Shown in pieces: positions 28,170 through 37,938 of a stretch of 64,000 bases of DNA. Each line of letters starts with the position of its first letter. The stretch's first letter is position 1. The stretch lies in IMG/VR virus record IMGVR_UViG_2744054962_000001, one strand, 5' to 3'. Below the pieces are notes generated by a model. That model did not search any database. It was not told the DNA's origin and saw nothing but the letters and a program-made list of their open reading frames with translations. The stretch comes from a virus (taxonomy: Duplodnaviria; Heunggongvirae; Uroviricota; Caudoviricetes). The position numbers were made by a program, and so were the translations under genes.

Positions 28170-29114
28170 GTGAATTATCTCTTCGTAGATGGCAATAGCC
28201 TGGGTTATTACCACCAACAATCTGACAAATTGCACAACGGCGAAATGGAAGTACAGGCTGCTTTCGGCTTTGTTAAGAACGTCCGTCGTTATGCCTCCAT
28301 CCTCCATGCCCGACCTATGATTCTTTGGGATGGATTTAGTGACAAGCGTCGCGACTTTTACCCGGACTACAAAGCAAATCGCGACGACGATCCTGATATG
28401 AAAAAGATGAAGGAAGGCTTTGCTATCCAGAAGCCATACATCCTCAAAATGATGACCGCGCTTGGAGTTACCCAACTCATTGCAAAAGATGCAGAAGCGG
28501 ATGATCTGGCCGGGCTGCTGGTATCCCGCATGGCACCGCAGCCAACCGTTGAACACATCTATCTGTTAACAGGCGATAGCGACTGGCTTCAGTTAGTTCG
28601 TGAAAACGTAAGCTGGGTAAGCCTGCGTGAAGACGCCAAAAACAAGCAGGTTAATTTTGAGCAATTTGCGGAGCTGACAGGATTCGCCACGCCTCGCGCA
28701 TTTTTGGAAGCAAAAGCATTACAAGGCGATAACTCGGACAACATTAGCGGTGTTGGTGGCATTGGTGCTGGCGGTGCGAAAGAGCTGCTGCATGAATGGG
28801 GAAGTGTCGCAACGATGGTACGCGGCATCAACGACGGCTCAATCGTGGTTAATAAAGGGCGTCATAAGACCGCCTTCAACAAACTAGCGAAGAATGCCTT
28901 CAACGAGAAAACAGGCTGTCGAATGCTCGAAGCGTTCAAGAGAAACATCACGCTAATGAACCTGATTGAGACGAAGTTTCCGCCTACCGAAATCGAAACA
29001 ATCAAAGGCAATCGTGACGTGAAAGCATTCGAGCAACTGTGCTACGAGCTGAATTTCCGTTCGTTCCTTGAAGACCTTGAAGTGTTTGTTCTTCCATTCG
29101 AAAGGTATTGCTAA
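28170..29114 (+). CDS. 5-prime to 3-prime exonuclease / flap endonuclease
   Basis: N-terminal NYLFVDGNSLGYY, EADDLAG acidic cluster, H3TH motif GDNSDNISGVGGIGAGGAKELL; GTG start at 28170 downstream of the terminator. Confidence 0.7.
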   Translation: MNYLFVDGNSLGYYHQQSDKLHNGEMEVQAAFGFVKNVRRYASILHARPMILWDGFSDKRRDFYPDYKANRDDDPDMKKMKEGFAIQKPYILKMMTALGVTQLIAKDAEADDLAGLLVSRMAPQPTVEHIYLLTGDSDWLQLVRENVSWVSLREDAKNKQVNFEQFAELTGFATPRAFLEAKALQGDNSDNISGVGGIGAGGAKELLHEWGSVATMVRGINDGSIVVNKGRHKTAFNKLAKNAFNEKTGCRMLEAFKRNITLMNLIETKFPPTEIETIKGNRDVKAFEQLCYELNFRSFLEDLEVFVLPFERYC

Positions 29115-29380
29115 TGCTTAAATCGATTATTAATGGCGCTACAACCACCCCTACCCAACTGGCAAAAGAGATTGTCTTTTATCACGGTGAGTACGCTGTC
29201 ATCGCACTGCCGTCAATTCTGGGCGCTGCCGGAATGAAAGCGACAGATCGCGAGTTTGGATTAGTCAGCGAGCAGGTCGTAAAAATCCTCGCTCGTGTAT
29301 CCAGACTCCTTAACCACGATGCGATTGTATTCGACGAATCCGCCGCTTTAAAACGAATCAACGAAACAAAAGGAGCCTGA
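29108..29380 (+). CDS. Hypothetical protein
   Basis: 90-aa ORF between flap endonuclease and recombinase genes. Confidence 0.4.
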   Translation: MLMLKSIINGATTTPTQLAKEIVFYHGEYAVIALPSILGAAGMKATDREFGLVSEQVVKILARVSRLLNHDAIVFDESAALKRINETKGA

Positions 29381-29382
29381 TC

Positions 29383-31722
29383 ATGGCAAAAGGAAAATCC
29401 GCACTGGCACTTGCTCTGAAAAAGAAAATCGGTAGCAACGACGAAATTCAGAAAGTAACTCATTGGATTGATACAGGCTTTCCACCGTTAAACAAAGCTA
29501 TTTCTGGTCGTTACGATGGCGGCTTCCCATGTGGTCGTATCGTCGAAGTATTCGGTCCTCCAAGCGCGGGGAAATGTGTTACCGCAGACACCATGCTGCT
29601 GACGGAGCGTGGAATGGTAACAGTGAAAGAGTTGTTTGAGATTGAAGGGTACAAAGCGACATGCACTACTCGCGATGTAGAGCATAACGTTGGACTCATC
29701 AATGAAAATGGCGTGATAGAGAAGACCTCACACCTGACATGGAACAACCGTCGCAAATTCAAGCGTATTAAGCTGGCATCAGGCGGTTATATCGAGGCTA
29801 CGTTCCGTCACCCAATCCGTGTGGTTGACGACTTAGGTAATGTCGTCTGGCGACATGCTGAAAAAATCAGTGTAGGCGACACGATTCCTTCAATGGTTGG
29901 CACACATCAATTCGGCGATCAGCACCTGGATGCCAATATCGCAAAACTGATGGGCTATTTAATTGCTGACGGATACGTGGCCTCTGAAAATTCAGTGAAT
30001 TTTTCTAACACAGATCCTTTCATCAAGGATGAGTACTACCGCCTCATTTCGCTGGTATCAGACAAGATGCCAGTTACGAGAAAACATAACGGCTCGGAAG
30101 ACCATGTGCTGTTTAGCAAAGAGGTGCGTTCGCTGCTTTTTAAAGAATATGGTCTGGAGTATGAGAAAGCTGCTGGCAAGCAGGTTCCGTTGAGTGTGCG
30201 TCGCGCCAATAGCGAGGCTCAAATTGCATTCCTTCGCGGCTACTTTGAGCTGGAATGCCACGTCAATGATGGTCGCTGCATTGAGGTTGTGAGCGCGAGT
30301 GGGCTGCTGCTACAGCAAATTCGCCTCATGCTCCTGAATCTGGGGATTACGTCAACTATCTCTGAAAAACACGTCGCGGGTTATGAAAATACATATTACC
30401 GGCTGTCATTCAGTGGCTCTAATTACGACCTTTTTCTGTCAACGATTGGTTTCGAATCTCCGGCACGTTTATCAGTGGCAACCAAACGGGACATTGGTTT
30501 TGACCGCACTTACTCAGGCTATGTTCCGCACATCAGCGGCTTAGTGAAATCACTCTACGAGTCGCTCACCAAGACCACCCGTGAAGACTACGCTCTGGTA
30601 GACCACGTTATTGGCCGCGGCGATCGTGTCGGAATAGACAAACTGCGAGAAATCTATGTCTCCTTCATTGGCAGAAAGAATCGTTTTAACGAGCATCTGT
30701 TTGCACAACTGGCAGCGGTAATTGGCTCTAACTTGTTCTACGACGAAGTCGTGGCTATTGAGGAAGGTGAAGCACCAACGTTCGACGTAGCGATGCCGGA
30801 AACACACTCTTTCTGGTCTAACGGGATTATCAGCCACAACACATTCCTTGCAACAGCAGCGATGATCTCCGCTCAAAAACAAGATGGTCTGGCGGTATTC
30901 CTCGATCATGAAAACAGTTTTGACGTTGGCCTGGCTGTAGCCAATGGCCTGAACGCAGATGAGGATGACGGTCAGTGGGTATACAAGCAGCCTGATACCT
31001 TCGAAGACTCTGTAGAGTTGATCGGCACAATACTTAAATTGGTACGTGATGAAGAGCTTATCCCCGAATCAGCACCTATCTGTATCGTGGCTGACTCTCT
31101 TGCGTCTATGGTTCCGAACTCCAAAGCCGAGAAGTTCGAAAAGATGGCTGAAGGCACTGCCAAAGACAAAGATCAGCTAAACATGAACGACAATACGGCA
31201 CTGGCTCGTGCGACGAGTGCGAACTTCCCTACTCTGGCTTTGTGGGCACGCAAATACAACGCCTGCATCATCTTCTTGAATCAGGTTCGCACAAAAATCG
31301 GTGTAATGTTTGGCGACCCTACTACGTCGCCAGGTGGAGATTCACCGAAGTTCTACGCATCTGTACGTATCCGTCTTGGTGCATCGGTGATGAAGGATGG
31401 TAAAGAGAAGATCGGTCAGGACGTAGGCGCAGAATGCATCAAAAACAAAGTTGCACCACCGTATGGCAAATGCACCTGGAAATTCTACTTCGATCCTACT
31501 CGTGGCCTCGACGTTATCGAGTCGCTCGTCGAGTACATGCTGGAAGAAGGATACCTGCCAAAGAACGCCAGCGGTCGAGTAGAAATTGGTGACAAGAAAT
31601 ACACCAAATCACAGATCGTCGAGATGTATCGGGAGAAGCCACTGGCTGAAATCATTGCGGCTTTGCAGGCAATCGACGACCGAAGAGCAAAAGACAACCC
31701 CACCGAGTCAGTAGAAGAGTAA
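29383..31722 (+). CDS. RecA/UvsX-like recombinase interrupted by an intein
   Basis: P-loop GPPSAGK split from TFLATAAMISAQ by 422 aa; extein about 357 aa. Confidence 0.75.
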   Translation: MAKGKSALALALKKKIGSNDEIQKVTHWIDTGFPPLNKAISGRYDGGFPCGRIVEVFGPPSAGKCVTADTMLLTERGMVTVKELFEIEGYKATCTTRDVEHNVGLINENGVIEKTSHLTWNNRRKFKRIKLASGGYIEATFRHPIRVVDDLGNVVWRHAEKISVGDTIPSMVGTHQFGDQHLDANIAKLMGYLIADGYVASENSVNFSNTDPFIKDEYYRLISLVSDKMPVTRKHNGSEDHVLFSKEVRSLLFKEYGLEYEKAAGKQVPLSVRRANSEAQIAFLRGYFELECHVNDGRCIEVVSASGLLLQQIRLMLLNLGITSTISEKHVAGYENTYYRLSFSGSNYDLFLSTIGFESPARLSVATKRDIGFDRTYSGYVPHISGLVKSLYESLTKTTREDYALVDHVIGRGDRVGIDKLREIYVSFIGRKNRFNEHLFAQLAAVIGSNLFYDEVVAIEEGEAPTFDVAMPETHSFWSNGIISHNTFLATAAMISAQKQDGLAVFLDHENSFDVGLAVANGLNADEDDGQWVYKQPDTFEDSVELIGTILKLVRDEELIPESAPICIVADSLASMVPNSKAEKFEKMAEGTAKDKDQLNMNDNTALARATSANFPTLALWARKYNACIIFLNQVRTKIGVMFGDPTTSPGGDSPKFYASVRIRLGASVMKDGKEKIGQDVGAECIKNKVAPPYGKCTWKFYFDPTRGLDVIESLVEYMLEEGYLPKNASGRVEIGDKKYTKSQIVEMYREKPLAEIIAALQAIDDRRAKDNPTESVEE
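29575..30840 (+). mobile_element. Intein with LAGLIDADG homing endonuclease domain inserted in the RecA P-loop
   Basis: Begins with Cys after GPPSAGK, ends SHN followed by Thr; LAGLIDADG-like blocks LMGYLIADGYV and FLRGYFELECHV. Confidence 0.7.
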
Positions 31723-31726
31723 ACAC

Positions 31727-31752
31727 AAGGCGTCCACAGGACGCCTTTTTTA
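31727..31752 (+). terminator. Intrinsic terminator (GGCGTCC family)
   Basis: GGCGTCC aca GGACGCC followed by TTTTTT. Confidence 0.6.
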
Positions 31753-31814
31753 TCTCTTGAAAATATATAAGTGCTTACTTATTATTTTCACATAACAACC
31801 ACATAGGAAAACAC

Positions 31815-32015
31815 ATGATCAAAATCTATCTATTGGCAGTAGCCACAGGCCTTTCAGTGGCTCTCATCTACGGTTTACTGGTTCCGTCGCTGATTTCTAC
31901 CAAGAGTGATTTAGCCGTCATGTTTGGAGTTATCGTTGGTTTTGGTGCTCCTGTAATCGGTCTTATTGCTGGTCGTAAGTTTATCAACTCATTAATCAAA
32001 GCAAAGGGGAAATAA
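31815..32015 (+). CDS. Small two-helix membrane protein
   Basis: 66 aa, two hydrophobic helices; directly upstream of SPFH lipoprotein. Confidence 0.45.
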   Translation: MIKIYLLAVATGLSVALIYGLLVPSLISTKSDLAVMFGVIVGFGAPVIGLIAGRKFINSLIKAKGK

Positions 32016-32018
32016 GTA

Positions 32019-32849
32019 ATGAAGAAAGGTTTACTTGCAGTTGCTCTGGCGGCTATTTGCACAATGGGTCTTACTGGCTGCGATCGCGTGGAGCCTGGAT
32101 ACGTTGGCATCAAAGTAAACAAATTAGGTGAAGACAAAGGGATTGGTGAAGTGGTTGGCGTTGGTCGCCAATGGACAGGTCTTAACACCGAACTTTACGT
32201 ATTCCCGACCTTCAAACAAATGAAGACCTACGACGAGCCGTTCACATTCCAGATGAGTGACGGTACTGCTATTGGTCACAAAATTGGCGTTGCGTATCTG
32301 GTTAATCGTGACAAGGTAACGACGGTGTTCCAGACCTATCGCAAAGGCGTAGACGATATCACCGAATCAGATCTGCGTCAGAAAATTGCCGACTCTCTAA
32401 ACCGTTTGGCCAGCCGTATGACCACTGACTCATTTATCGACGGTGGTAAGGCACAATTGCTGGACAACGCACTGAAAGATATTCAGAAAGAGATGTCTCC
32501 GGTTGGTATTGAGGTACTGAGCCTGTCATGGGTTGGAAAGCCTGATTACCCAAAAACTGTCATTGAATCTATTAACGCCAAAGTAACGGCTAACCAGCGT
32601 ACTCTGCAACGTCAGCAGGAAGTTGAACAACGTAAAGCTGAGGCGAATATGCTACGTGAACAGGCTAATGGTGAAGCTGATGCTATCCGTGCTCGTGCGC
32701 AAGCAGAAGCAGACGCCATTCGTCTGCGCGGTGAAGCTCTGCGTCAAAACCCGAACGTTATGGAACTGGAAGCCATCAATAAATGGAATGGCCAGTTACC
32801 GCAGTACATGACTCAAGGGGCTAACACTCCTTTCATTACAGTGAAATAA
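32019..32849 (+). CDS. SPFH/band-7 domain lipoprotein
   Basis: Signal peptide with lipobox LTGC; coiled-coil Ala/Glu/Arg-rich C-terminal region typical of SPFH proteins. Confidence 0.6.
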   Translation: MKKGLLAVALAAICTMGLTGCDRVEPGYVGIKVNKLGEDKGIGEVVGVGRQWTGLNTELYVFPTFKQMKTYDEPFTFQMSDGTAIGHKIGVAYLVNRDKVTTVFQTYRKGVDDITESDLRQKIADSLNRLASRMTTDSFIDGGKAQLLDNALKDIQKEMSPVGIEVLSLSWVGKPDYPKTVIESINAKVTANQRTLQRQQEVEQRKAEANMLREQANGEADAIRARAQAEADAIRLRGEALRQNPNVMELEAINKWNGQLPQYMTQGANTPFITVK

Positions 32850-32865
32850 CTCCCCTAAAAAGTTC

Positions 32866-32890
32866 AGGCGTCCAGTTGGACGCCTTTTTT
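32866..32890 (+). terminator. Intrinsic terminator (GGCGTCC family)
   Basis: AGGCGTCC agtt GGACGCCT followed by TTTTTT. Confidence 0.6.
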
Positions 32891-32940
32891 ATCGCAATTA
32901 TCTTATTAAGAAAACAATTTGTTTAAAAGGATAAGAAAAC

Positions 32941-33366
32941 ATGACAGCTATTAAGAAACTCTACGATGCCGCAAACGTGGCTCTGGATGTTATTGATGAT
33001 GAAGTAGCAAAAGGCTTTCCTGAACCTGATTGGGCGCATCAGCTACGAAACGCTATCGCAGAAATGACCCCACCAGATCCAACCCCCGACGAGACAGACT
33101 GGCAGCGATTCATCCGTATGTACGCTCAGGAAATAGGTCCAACGCCAACGGCAGAGCAGGCAATGCTGCTGAAATACTTCAAAGAGGCGGGAGAGGATTT
33201 ACCAATTGATGACTCAGCATATTGGTTCCACTGCGCATGGCGTAAGTATGACGTGATATTCACACAAGGCATGGGAAGCAAAGATATGGTTGTGTGGCAT
33301 CTACTCCATATAGACACAGCCGTTGACAGAGTTATTGAACAGTTTTTCCCTAAACAAGAAGATTGA
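32941..33366 (+). CDS. Hypothetical protein
   Basis: 141-aa ORF preceded by AAACAATTTGTTT motif and AGGA-containing RBS. Confidence 0.45.
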   Translation: MTAIKKLYDAANVALDVIDDEVAKGFPEPDWAHQLRNAIAEMTPPDPTPDETDWQRFIRMYAQEIGPTPTAEQAMLLKYFKEAGEDLPIDDSAYWFHCAWRKYDVIFTQGMGSKDMVVWHLLHIDTAVDRVIEQFFPKQED

Positions 33367-33421
33367 TCGCCTATTCATAACTAACAAAATAAGTAAACAC
33401 TAACCACAAAAGGAAAAACAC

Positions 33422-33697
33422 ATGAGAGTTTTAGTTCGAATCGTTACCAGCACTGTCTATGACGTGTTTCCACTTTTTATGATCAAAGTCGATGGCCTTA
33501 ACGACGAAGAAACTGACGCGCTGATCCAGCGTACTCTTGTTGAATATACAGGTCATGACGCTGATTCAGTGATGGTTGATGATGATGGTGTTTGTTGGCA
33601 TAACGGCAACTGTTGGTACGTAGAAGAGACTCAACAAATCAGTGATGAAGATGCCGAACATCTTGAGCGTATTTTAAGCATCAGCACTTTTGAGTGA
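33422..33697 (+). CDS. Hypothetical acidic protein
   Basis: 91-aa ORF preceded by AAAGGAAAAACACATG motif. Confidence 0.45.
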   Translation: MRVLVRIVTSTVYDVFPLFMIKVDGLNDEETDALIQRTLVEYTGHDADSVMVDDDGVCWHNGNCWYVEETQQISDEDAEHLERILSISTFE

Positions 33698-33736
33698 GTT
33701 TACAGTAAAATTTATATAAGTTGGTATCTACCTATC

Positions 33737-33916
33737 ATGAAGATTTTTATTGAATACTTGTTACTCATCGTTTCAATAGCTTTTGTCATCGACTGCATTT
33801 TCACTGGTGTCATTCGTAAAGTCTTTTCCCCGGTGCACGACGTAGTCATAAACGCTTTGGCTATCGTGCTCGTATTTAATTCAGCATTTGATGTAATCAA
33901 AGAGGTGGCAGCATGA
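33737..33916 (+). CDS. Small membrane protein (59 aa)
   Basis: + strand ORF with two hydrophobic helices, stop overlapping next start (ATGA); preferred over the minus-strand ORF 33712-33900. Confidence 0.3.
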   Translation: MKIFIEYLLLIVSIAFVIDCIFTGVIRKVFSPVHDVVINALAIVLVFNSAFDVIKEVAA

Positions 33917-34248
33917 AGGCCATCCCATTCGCGCTGTTGTTCCTTTCTTCGATCGTTGTGGCCGACACCACTGTTTATCAGTGTGAAATGTCTGTAGCCG
34001 ACGTTAAGAATGGCGCTCTTACCGACGTCATAAAAGCACCATATGGAGCGATGGTCGTAGACAGCGGCGACCAGTTCTATGTTGTGCGTGACGATCGAGT
34101 GTTGTCATCCCCATATCTCACAAATCGTAATGGCAAATTAACCGGCGTCGGAGAAGACCACTTCGTATACAACAAATACAAGGGCTTCTATGGCGTTCAC
34201 GCTTCTCAGCAAAGCTACCTTTTCGATGACTGCAAGGAGGTTGGATAA
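33913..34248 (+). CDS. Secreted hypothetical protein
   Basis: N-terminal signal peptide MKAIPFALLFLSSIVVA. Confidence 0.45.
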   Translation: MKAIPFALLFLSSIVVADTTVYQCEMSVADVKNGALTDVIKAPYGAMVVDSGDQFYVVRDDRVLSSPYLTNRNGKLTGVGEDHFVYNKYKGFYGVHASQQSYLFDDCKEVG

Positions 34249-34460
34249 TGGCATTAACACTGGCAGGTCTGGAAATCGAGAAAACAAGCGGCTACTGGCG
34301 TGCTAAGGGTTTCAAGCAGCCTGGCATTCTTGAGCGTCTGGAACGTGAAGATGGGTATATCGTCCACCAGCGGCGTGAATGGCGTATGTACAATCCAGAA
34401 ACAGGAAAACTGACTACAAAAGCCGGAACACTTTGGGGCCTGTTGAAGAAAATACACTAA
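34248..34460 (+). CDS. Hypothetical protein
   Basis: 70-aa ORF translationally coupled to upstream gene. Confidence 0.4.
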   Translation: MALTLAGLEIEKTSGYWRAKGFKQPGILERLEREDGYIVHQRREWRMYNPETGKLTTKAGTLWGLLKKIH

Positions 34461-34465
34461 TAGCA

Positions 34466-34949
34466 CCAACCACTGCGGTGAGTAGCCAGCTCACCGCATT
34501 CGTATCAGCTCATTATCCACCGTGGTCTGCAGTCCTCTCTTCCTACATATCTGCTAACCACTGTAGCGAGTAGACAGCCTTTCATTCGCATCAAACAACC
34601 ACTATGGTGAGTATTGGAGTGAGATGTCCAGCTGGTATCCACTATGGTGAGTAAGCCTTTGCTGTTTTCAGTGGATATCCACTCGCCACAGTGGATACGC
34701 TCAAAGATGAGGGCGACAACAACCACTATAGACAGTGAATTTTCCAAGATACCCAGTGACCACTAACCTCGCAGCCCTTGTTTCATCAGTGTTAGTGATC
34801 ACTAACATTTAATTCAGTATTTGCATTCTACTGCCTACAGTGGTTATCAACAGATAACGATACTCACTATAGTGGATAGCGAATTACAGATATAAGTAAG
34901 GCTCACTACAGTGGATAGTGAGCCTTACTACTAACTACAGTGGTTGGGC
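34466..34949. repeat. Iteron array downstream of rep gene
   Basis: At least 10 copies of a motif around CCACTATGGTGAGT / CACTATAGTGGATAG in both orientations. Confidence 0.6.
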
Positions 34950-36004
34950 TATTTGCGAGTCTTTGCCTTGCGCAACTCTTCGAGAAGCGCCAGTTCTTCT
35001 TTACTCAACATGACCATTTTGCCTTCTTTTTCGTCAGGCACAACGTCGATAATGTCATCTTGATTCTCATCTGGGAGGCTATATTCCGTCTCATCATTAT
35101 CGATTTTTGTTGATATTTGTGCCTGGCGTAACTTTGGCCGCCTATAGTGGATGATGAAGTAGACCGAGTTTCCGCGCTTAACTTCCGTGTAATCGAGATA
35201 TCCTATCTCTCGCAGCTGTTCCATAGCCTTTCTTACCGTCGCATTCTGAGTAATAGTGCGACTTGTCAGATTAAGTCTGGCGCGTAAACGAGCTAGTGAT
35301 ATTGGTGCCGGATCAGGCGGCAAACTTTCAATAAAAGTATAAAGCGCCTGAGCGGATTCTTTTCTTGAGAGTTCGTTTATAGCCCGGAGTTGCAGAAGAA
35401 CCTTTTTGTCGAACTGGTAGAGTTCGAAAATCTTGGGATCTGCTTTCAGTTCGACCGTATCGTGCTTGACACTATATTTTGCCGTTTGCACAAGATGCGT
35501 TACGTAAAACTCATCAGAGCCTTTGCTACGGAACGAGATGGTATTTGTGGCAATACGGCTTAGCGAACTGTCCAGGCGTTTGCGTAACTTCGCTGATGAC
35601 CTGGCGGTCGGAATGCCACACAGCCTTACAAACTCAACGAACGGCAACGTGACAGTATCGCCAACGACCTTGTGTTTGGCAAACGCGTGGATTATTCCCA
35701 CCCACGTTTTAAAGTCGTTATCCATATCAAGCCGAAGGCCAGAGATCCTTATGTCTTCGTACCCTTCGGCTTTTGCCAGAGACAGCTGTTTGAGTTCAGC
35801 AGAGGCATCCATAGAGACCATTTGCCCCTTTCTTCCTCTGGATGTCGATTTCAGCGTCGGAACGAAGAGGCCCAGACGCATCAAAGCAACAGGCTGAACA
35901 GTGTTATTAGTGTTAGGAACCAACGTAACAACTTCGCCTGTCTTTTTATCTGTTTCTGAAAATGCTTCAACGATCGCTATGTTTTTATTGCCGTTTTCGC
36001 TCAT
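34949..36004 (-). CDS. repA: Plasmid replication initiator (RepA-like, iteron-binding)
   Basis: 351-aa minus-strand gene flanked on both sides by iteron arrays; protein motifs themselves not diagnostic without a search. Confidence 0.6.
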   Translation of the reverse strand: MSENGNKNIAIVEAFSETDKKTGEVVTLVPNTNNTVQPVALMRLGLFVPTLKSTSRGRKGQMVSMDASAELKQLSLAKAEGYEDIRISGLRLDMDNDFKTWVGIIHAFAKHKVVGDTVTLPFVEFVRLCGIPTARSSAKLRKRLDSSLSRIATNTISFRSKGSDEFYVTHLVQTAKYSVKHDTVELKADPKIFELYQFDKKVLLQLRAINELSRKESAQALYTFIESLPPDPAPISLARLRARLNLTSRTITQNATVRKAMEQLREIGYLDYTEVKRGNSVYFIIHYRRPKLRQAQISTKIDNDETEYSLPDENQDDIIDVVPDEKEGKMVMLSKEELALLEELRKAKTRK

Positions 36005-36047
36005 TCCAAATGTCTCTTGTTATTCGACGGCTTTGGTGGCCTTTGCT

Positions 36048-36172
36048 GATTACAGTGGATAGTAGCACTCATCACAGCGGTTATCCTACCGTCTATAGTG
36101 GTTTTTCTCCTCTCTATAGTGGTTGCTTTGCTCCCTATAGTGGATTATTCGCTCTCTATAGTGGATATCGAT
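36048..36172. repeat. Iteron array (origin-proximal, upstream of rep)
   Basis: Copies of CTCTATAGTGG(A/T)T at about 21-22 bp spacing (36091, 36112, 36133, 36155). Confidence 0.6.
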
Positions 36173-36278
36173 CATGTCTGAAGGCAGATGGCGCAACGGT
36201 TTGAGGTGGGCGGGGATCTTATTGGGTCTTTATGGGTCTCTTTGGTTCTCTTTGTGATCTGAATTACTGGATCGGGCC

Positions 36279-36287
36279 TGTGGATAA
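36279..36287. promoter_or_regulatory. DnaA box (TTATCCACA on minus strand)
   Basis: TGTGGATAA perfect match to reverse complement of DnaA-box consensus; second near-match at 36325-36333. Confidence 0.5.
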
Positions 36288-36439
36288 AATCAGAGGATTT
36301 CAAGAACAGGTAACTCTACTCTTCTGTGGATATTTAAGGACATAAGAATCATGACTAAGAGTAGAGTTTAAAATATATCTATGTATATCAGTATGTTAAT
36401 GAAGAATTAAGTCATTAAGTTATCCATAAAAGACAATGT

Positions 36440-36556
36440 GCTCTACTCTCTACAGTGGATATATACAGCTCTCCAGAGTGGTTGTTTTACTCTTCATAGC
36501 GGTTATTCAGCTCTCTACAGAGGTTTCTTTGCTCTCCATAGTGGATGGCAACACCC
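36440..36556. repeat. Second iteron array
   Basis: Five copies of CTCTACAGTGGATA-like motif at about 21 bp spacing after an AT-rich stretch (36340-36430). Confidence 0.55.
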
Positions 36557-36589
36557 TTTCAGACCAGTAACCGCAACGGCTAGAGGCGA

Positions 36590-36650
36590 TCGGGGATCTC
36601 TTTGGATCTTCTATTTGATCTTACTTGGGATCTCTTATTTGGATCTATCC
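36590..36650. promoter_or_regulatory. GATC (Dam site) cluster in origin region
   Basis: Five GATC in about 60 bp; similar cluster at 36205-36275. Confidence 0.45.
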
Positions 36651-36746
36651 AGTGGATAACTGGGATAAGTAAAACAGGCAAATGCAGATTAAGGTATGCC
36701 TAATGAGTTATCGTAGCATCGGCCAATAACTACTGAAAAAACGATT

Positions 36747-37391
36747 ATGGATCTAAAACGCACGCGCTGGGTTCGTCGTCTTGAGGACGGCTCCTACACT
36801 ATCGAATCAAATTCCAACCTGAATAAGCAGAAGTTGCTTTGTGACATCTGCGGTATAGCGGCGAAGTGCCCGATCTACGAAACCAGAATTAAACTTGATA
36901 AGGCTGGTGTGAATTTTCATTTAAACAGTTGCATCAGGTACGTTCCATTGCTCGCATTTCGTAAACCGATCATCGGATTGGATGCACCCTACTTCAACAC
37001 ACTCCGTTCAGGTGTGACGTGGCAAGATCGTTTATCACCAGACAAGCTGATTTGCCTTGTATCCGCAGACACAGGGAAAATCATCCGTTTTGGGAAAGTA
37101 GACAAGGTTTACTCAGGCCCAGTAGACGAAATGTTGCGGAAACACAGCCGGTTTAATCATCTCTGTATGGGTGGTGAGAAAATCGAGAAGGTAGAAGAAG
37201 TGATCCGCAAATCCTACGGACACTTCCTGACCAAAGATAGCCTGCTCACCGCAATCTACATCAGACATGTAAAACGTGAGTTCGACCTCGAATACCACAG
37301 TGAAGAAGAGCTTAACCTTGTTGACCCACGTCCAAAAGCTGGCGTCATAAGCATAAACGCAGCGCGTAAAAAGCCCACTGAGACGTTTTAA
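36747..37391 (+). CDS. Hypothetical protein
   Basis: 214-aa ORF adjacent to origin. Confidence 0.45.
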   Translation: MDLKRTRWVRRLEDGSYTIESNSNLNKQKLLCDICGIAAKCPIYETRIKLDKAGVNFHLNSCIRYVPLLAFRKPIIGLDAPYFNTLRSGVTWQDRLSPDKLICLVSADTGKIIRFGKVDKVYSGPVDEMLRKHSRFNHLCMGGEKIEKVEEVIRKSYGHFLTKDSLLTAIYIRHVKREFDLEYHSEEELNLVDPRPKAGVISINAARKKPTETF

Positions 37392-37465
37392 ACGTAATCT
37401 CAGGGTTTAACCGAGGCATAAAATATGGTGCATTAGAAAGACACTGAGGGCTTTTAGGATTAATA

Positions 37466-37907
37466 CATGAGTGAATTTTATTCAAGGGCAGCAACTGTGA
37501 CAGACATGCCTTTTATCATGGCTGAGTTCGAGGACGGCGCACGCAAAGGTCACTTCTACGAAGAGATCCTCACATCAAAGGGGGGGTAAAACCTTTGAGC
37601 AGCAGACCAGACTGGCAATCAAGACGAACGAGCGGGGCCAATACTCCGGGCATTTTATCTACATCCTGCTGCATCGTTCTGATGACAAAAAGTAGGACTA
37701 ATCTGGTTCTGTGCCGCACTCGATCCGACTGGCGCACCTTGACTTGAACTCCGTGCCGTCAGTATTGTCAAAGAGCTTCGCGGAAAAGGCTATGGGTCAA
37801 TGCTGGTGTCCGACATGATCGCATCAAACCCTAGTCAGCCGATGATGGCAAAGTGCTACGTCAAATCCTCGCAAATGGCCGACATGCTGTTTCGCGACCC
37901 AAAATAA
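37466..37907 (+). pseudogene. Disrupted GNAT-family acetyltransferase gene
   Basis: N-terminal frame stops after a G7 tract (37582-37588); C-terminal frame encodes GNAT-like ELRGKGYGSMLVSDMIA; at least two frame disruptions. Confidence 0.5.
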
Positions 37908-37938
37908 AAAGCACCCCATACGAGGTGCTCCTGAAGAA

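Noticed and set aside
33712-33900. Minus-strand 62-aa ORF
   Set aside because: A + strand 59-aa membrane-protein ORF (33737-33916), translationally coupled to the next gene, fits the operon better.
34466-36556. Possible CRISPR array suggested by many short repeats
   Set aside because: Repeats are about 14 bp, occur in both orientations at roughly 21-bp spacing and flank a rep gene; no regular spacers or cas genes. They are iterons.
35962-36659. ORFs 35962-36204 and 36438-36659 with repetitive YSG-type peptides
   Set aside because: They are read-through of the iteron arrays; the repetition is at DNA level and there is no RBS or coding periodicity.
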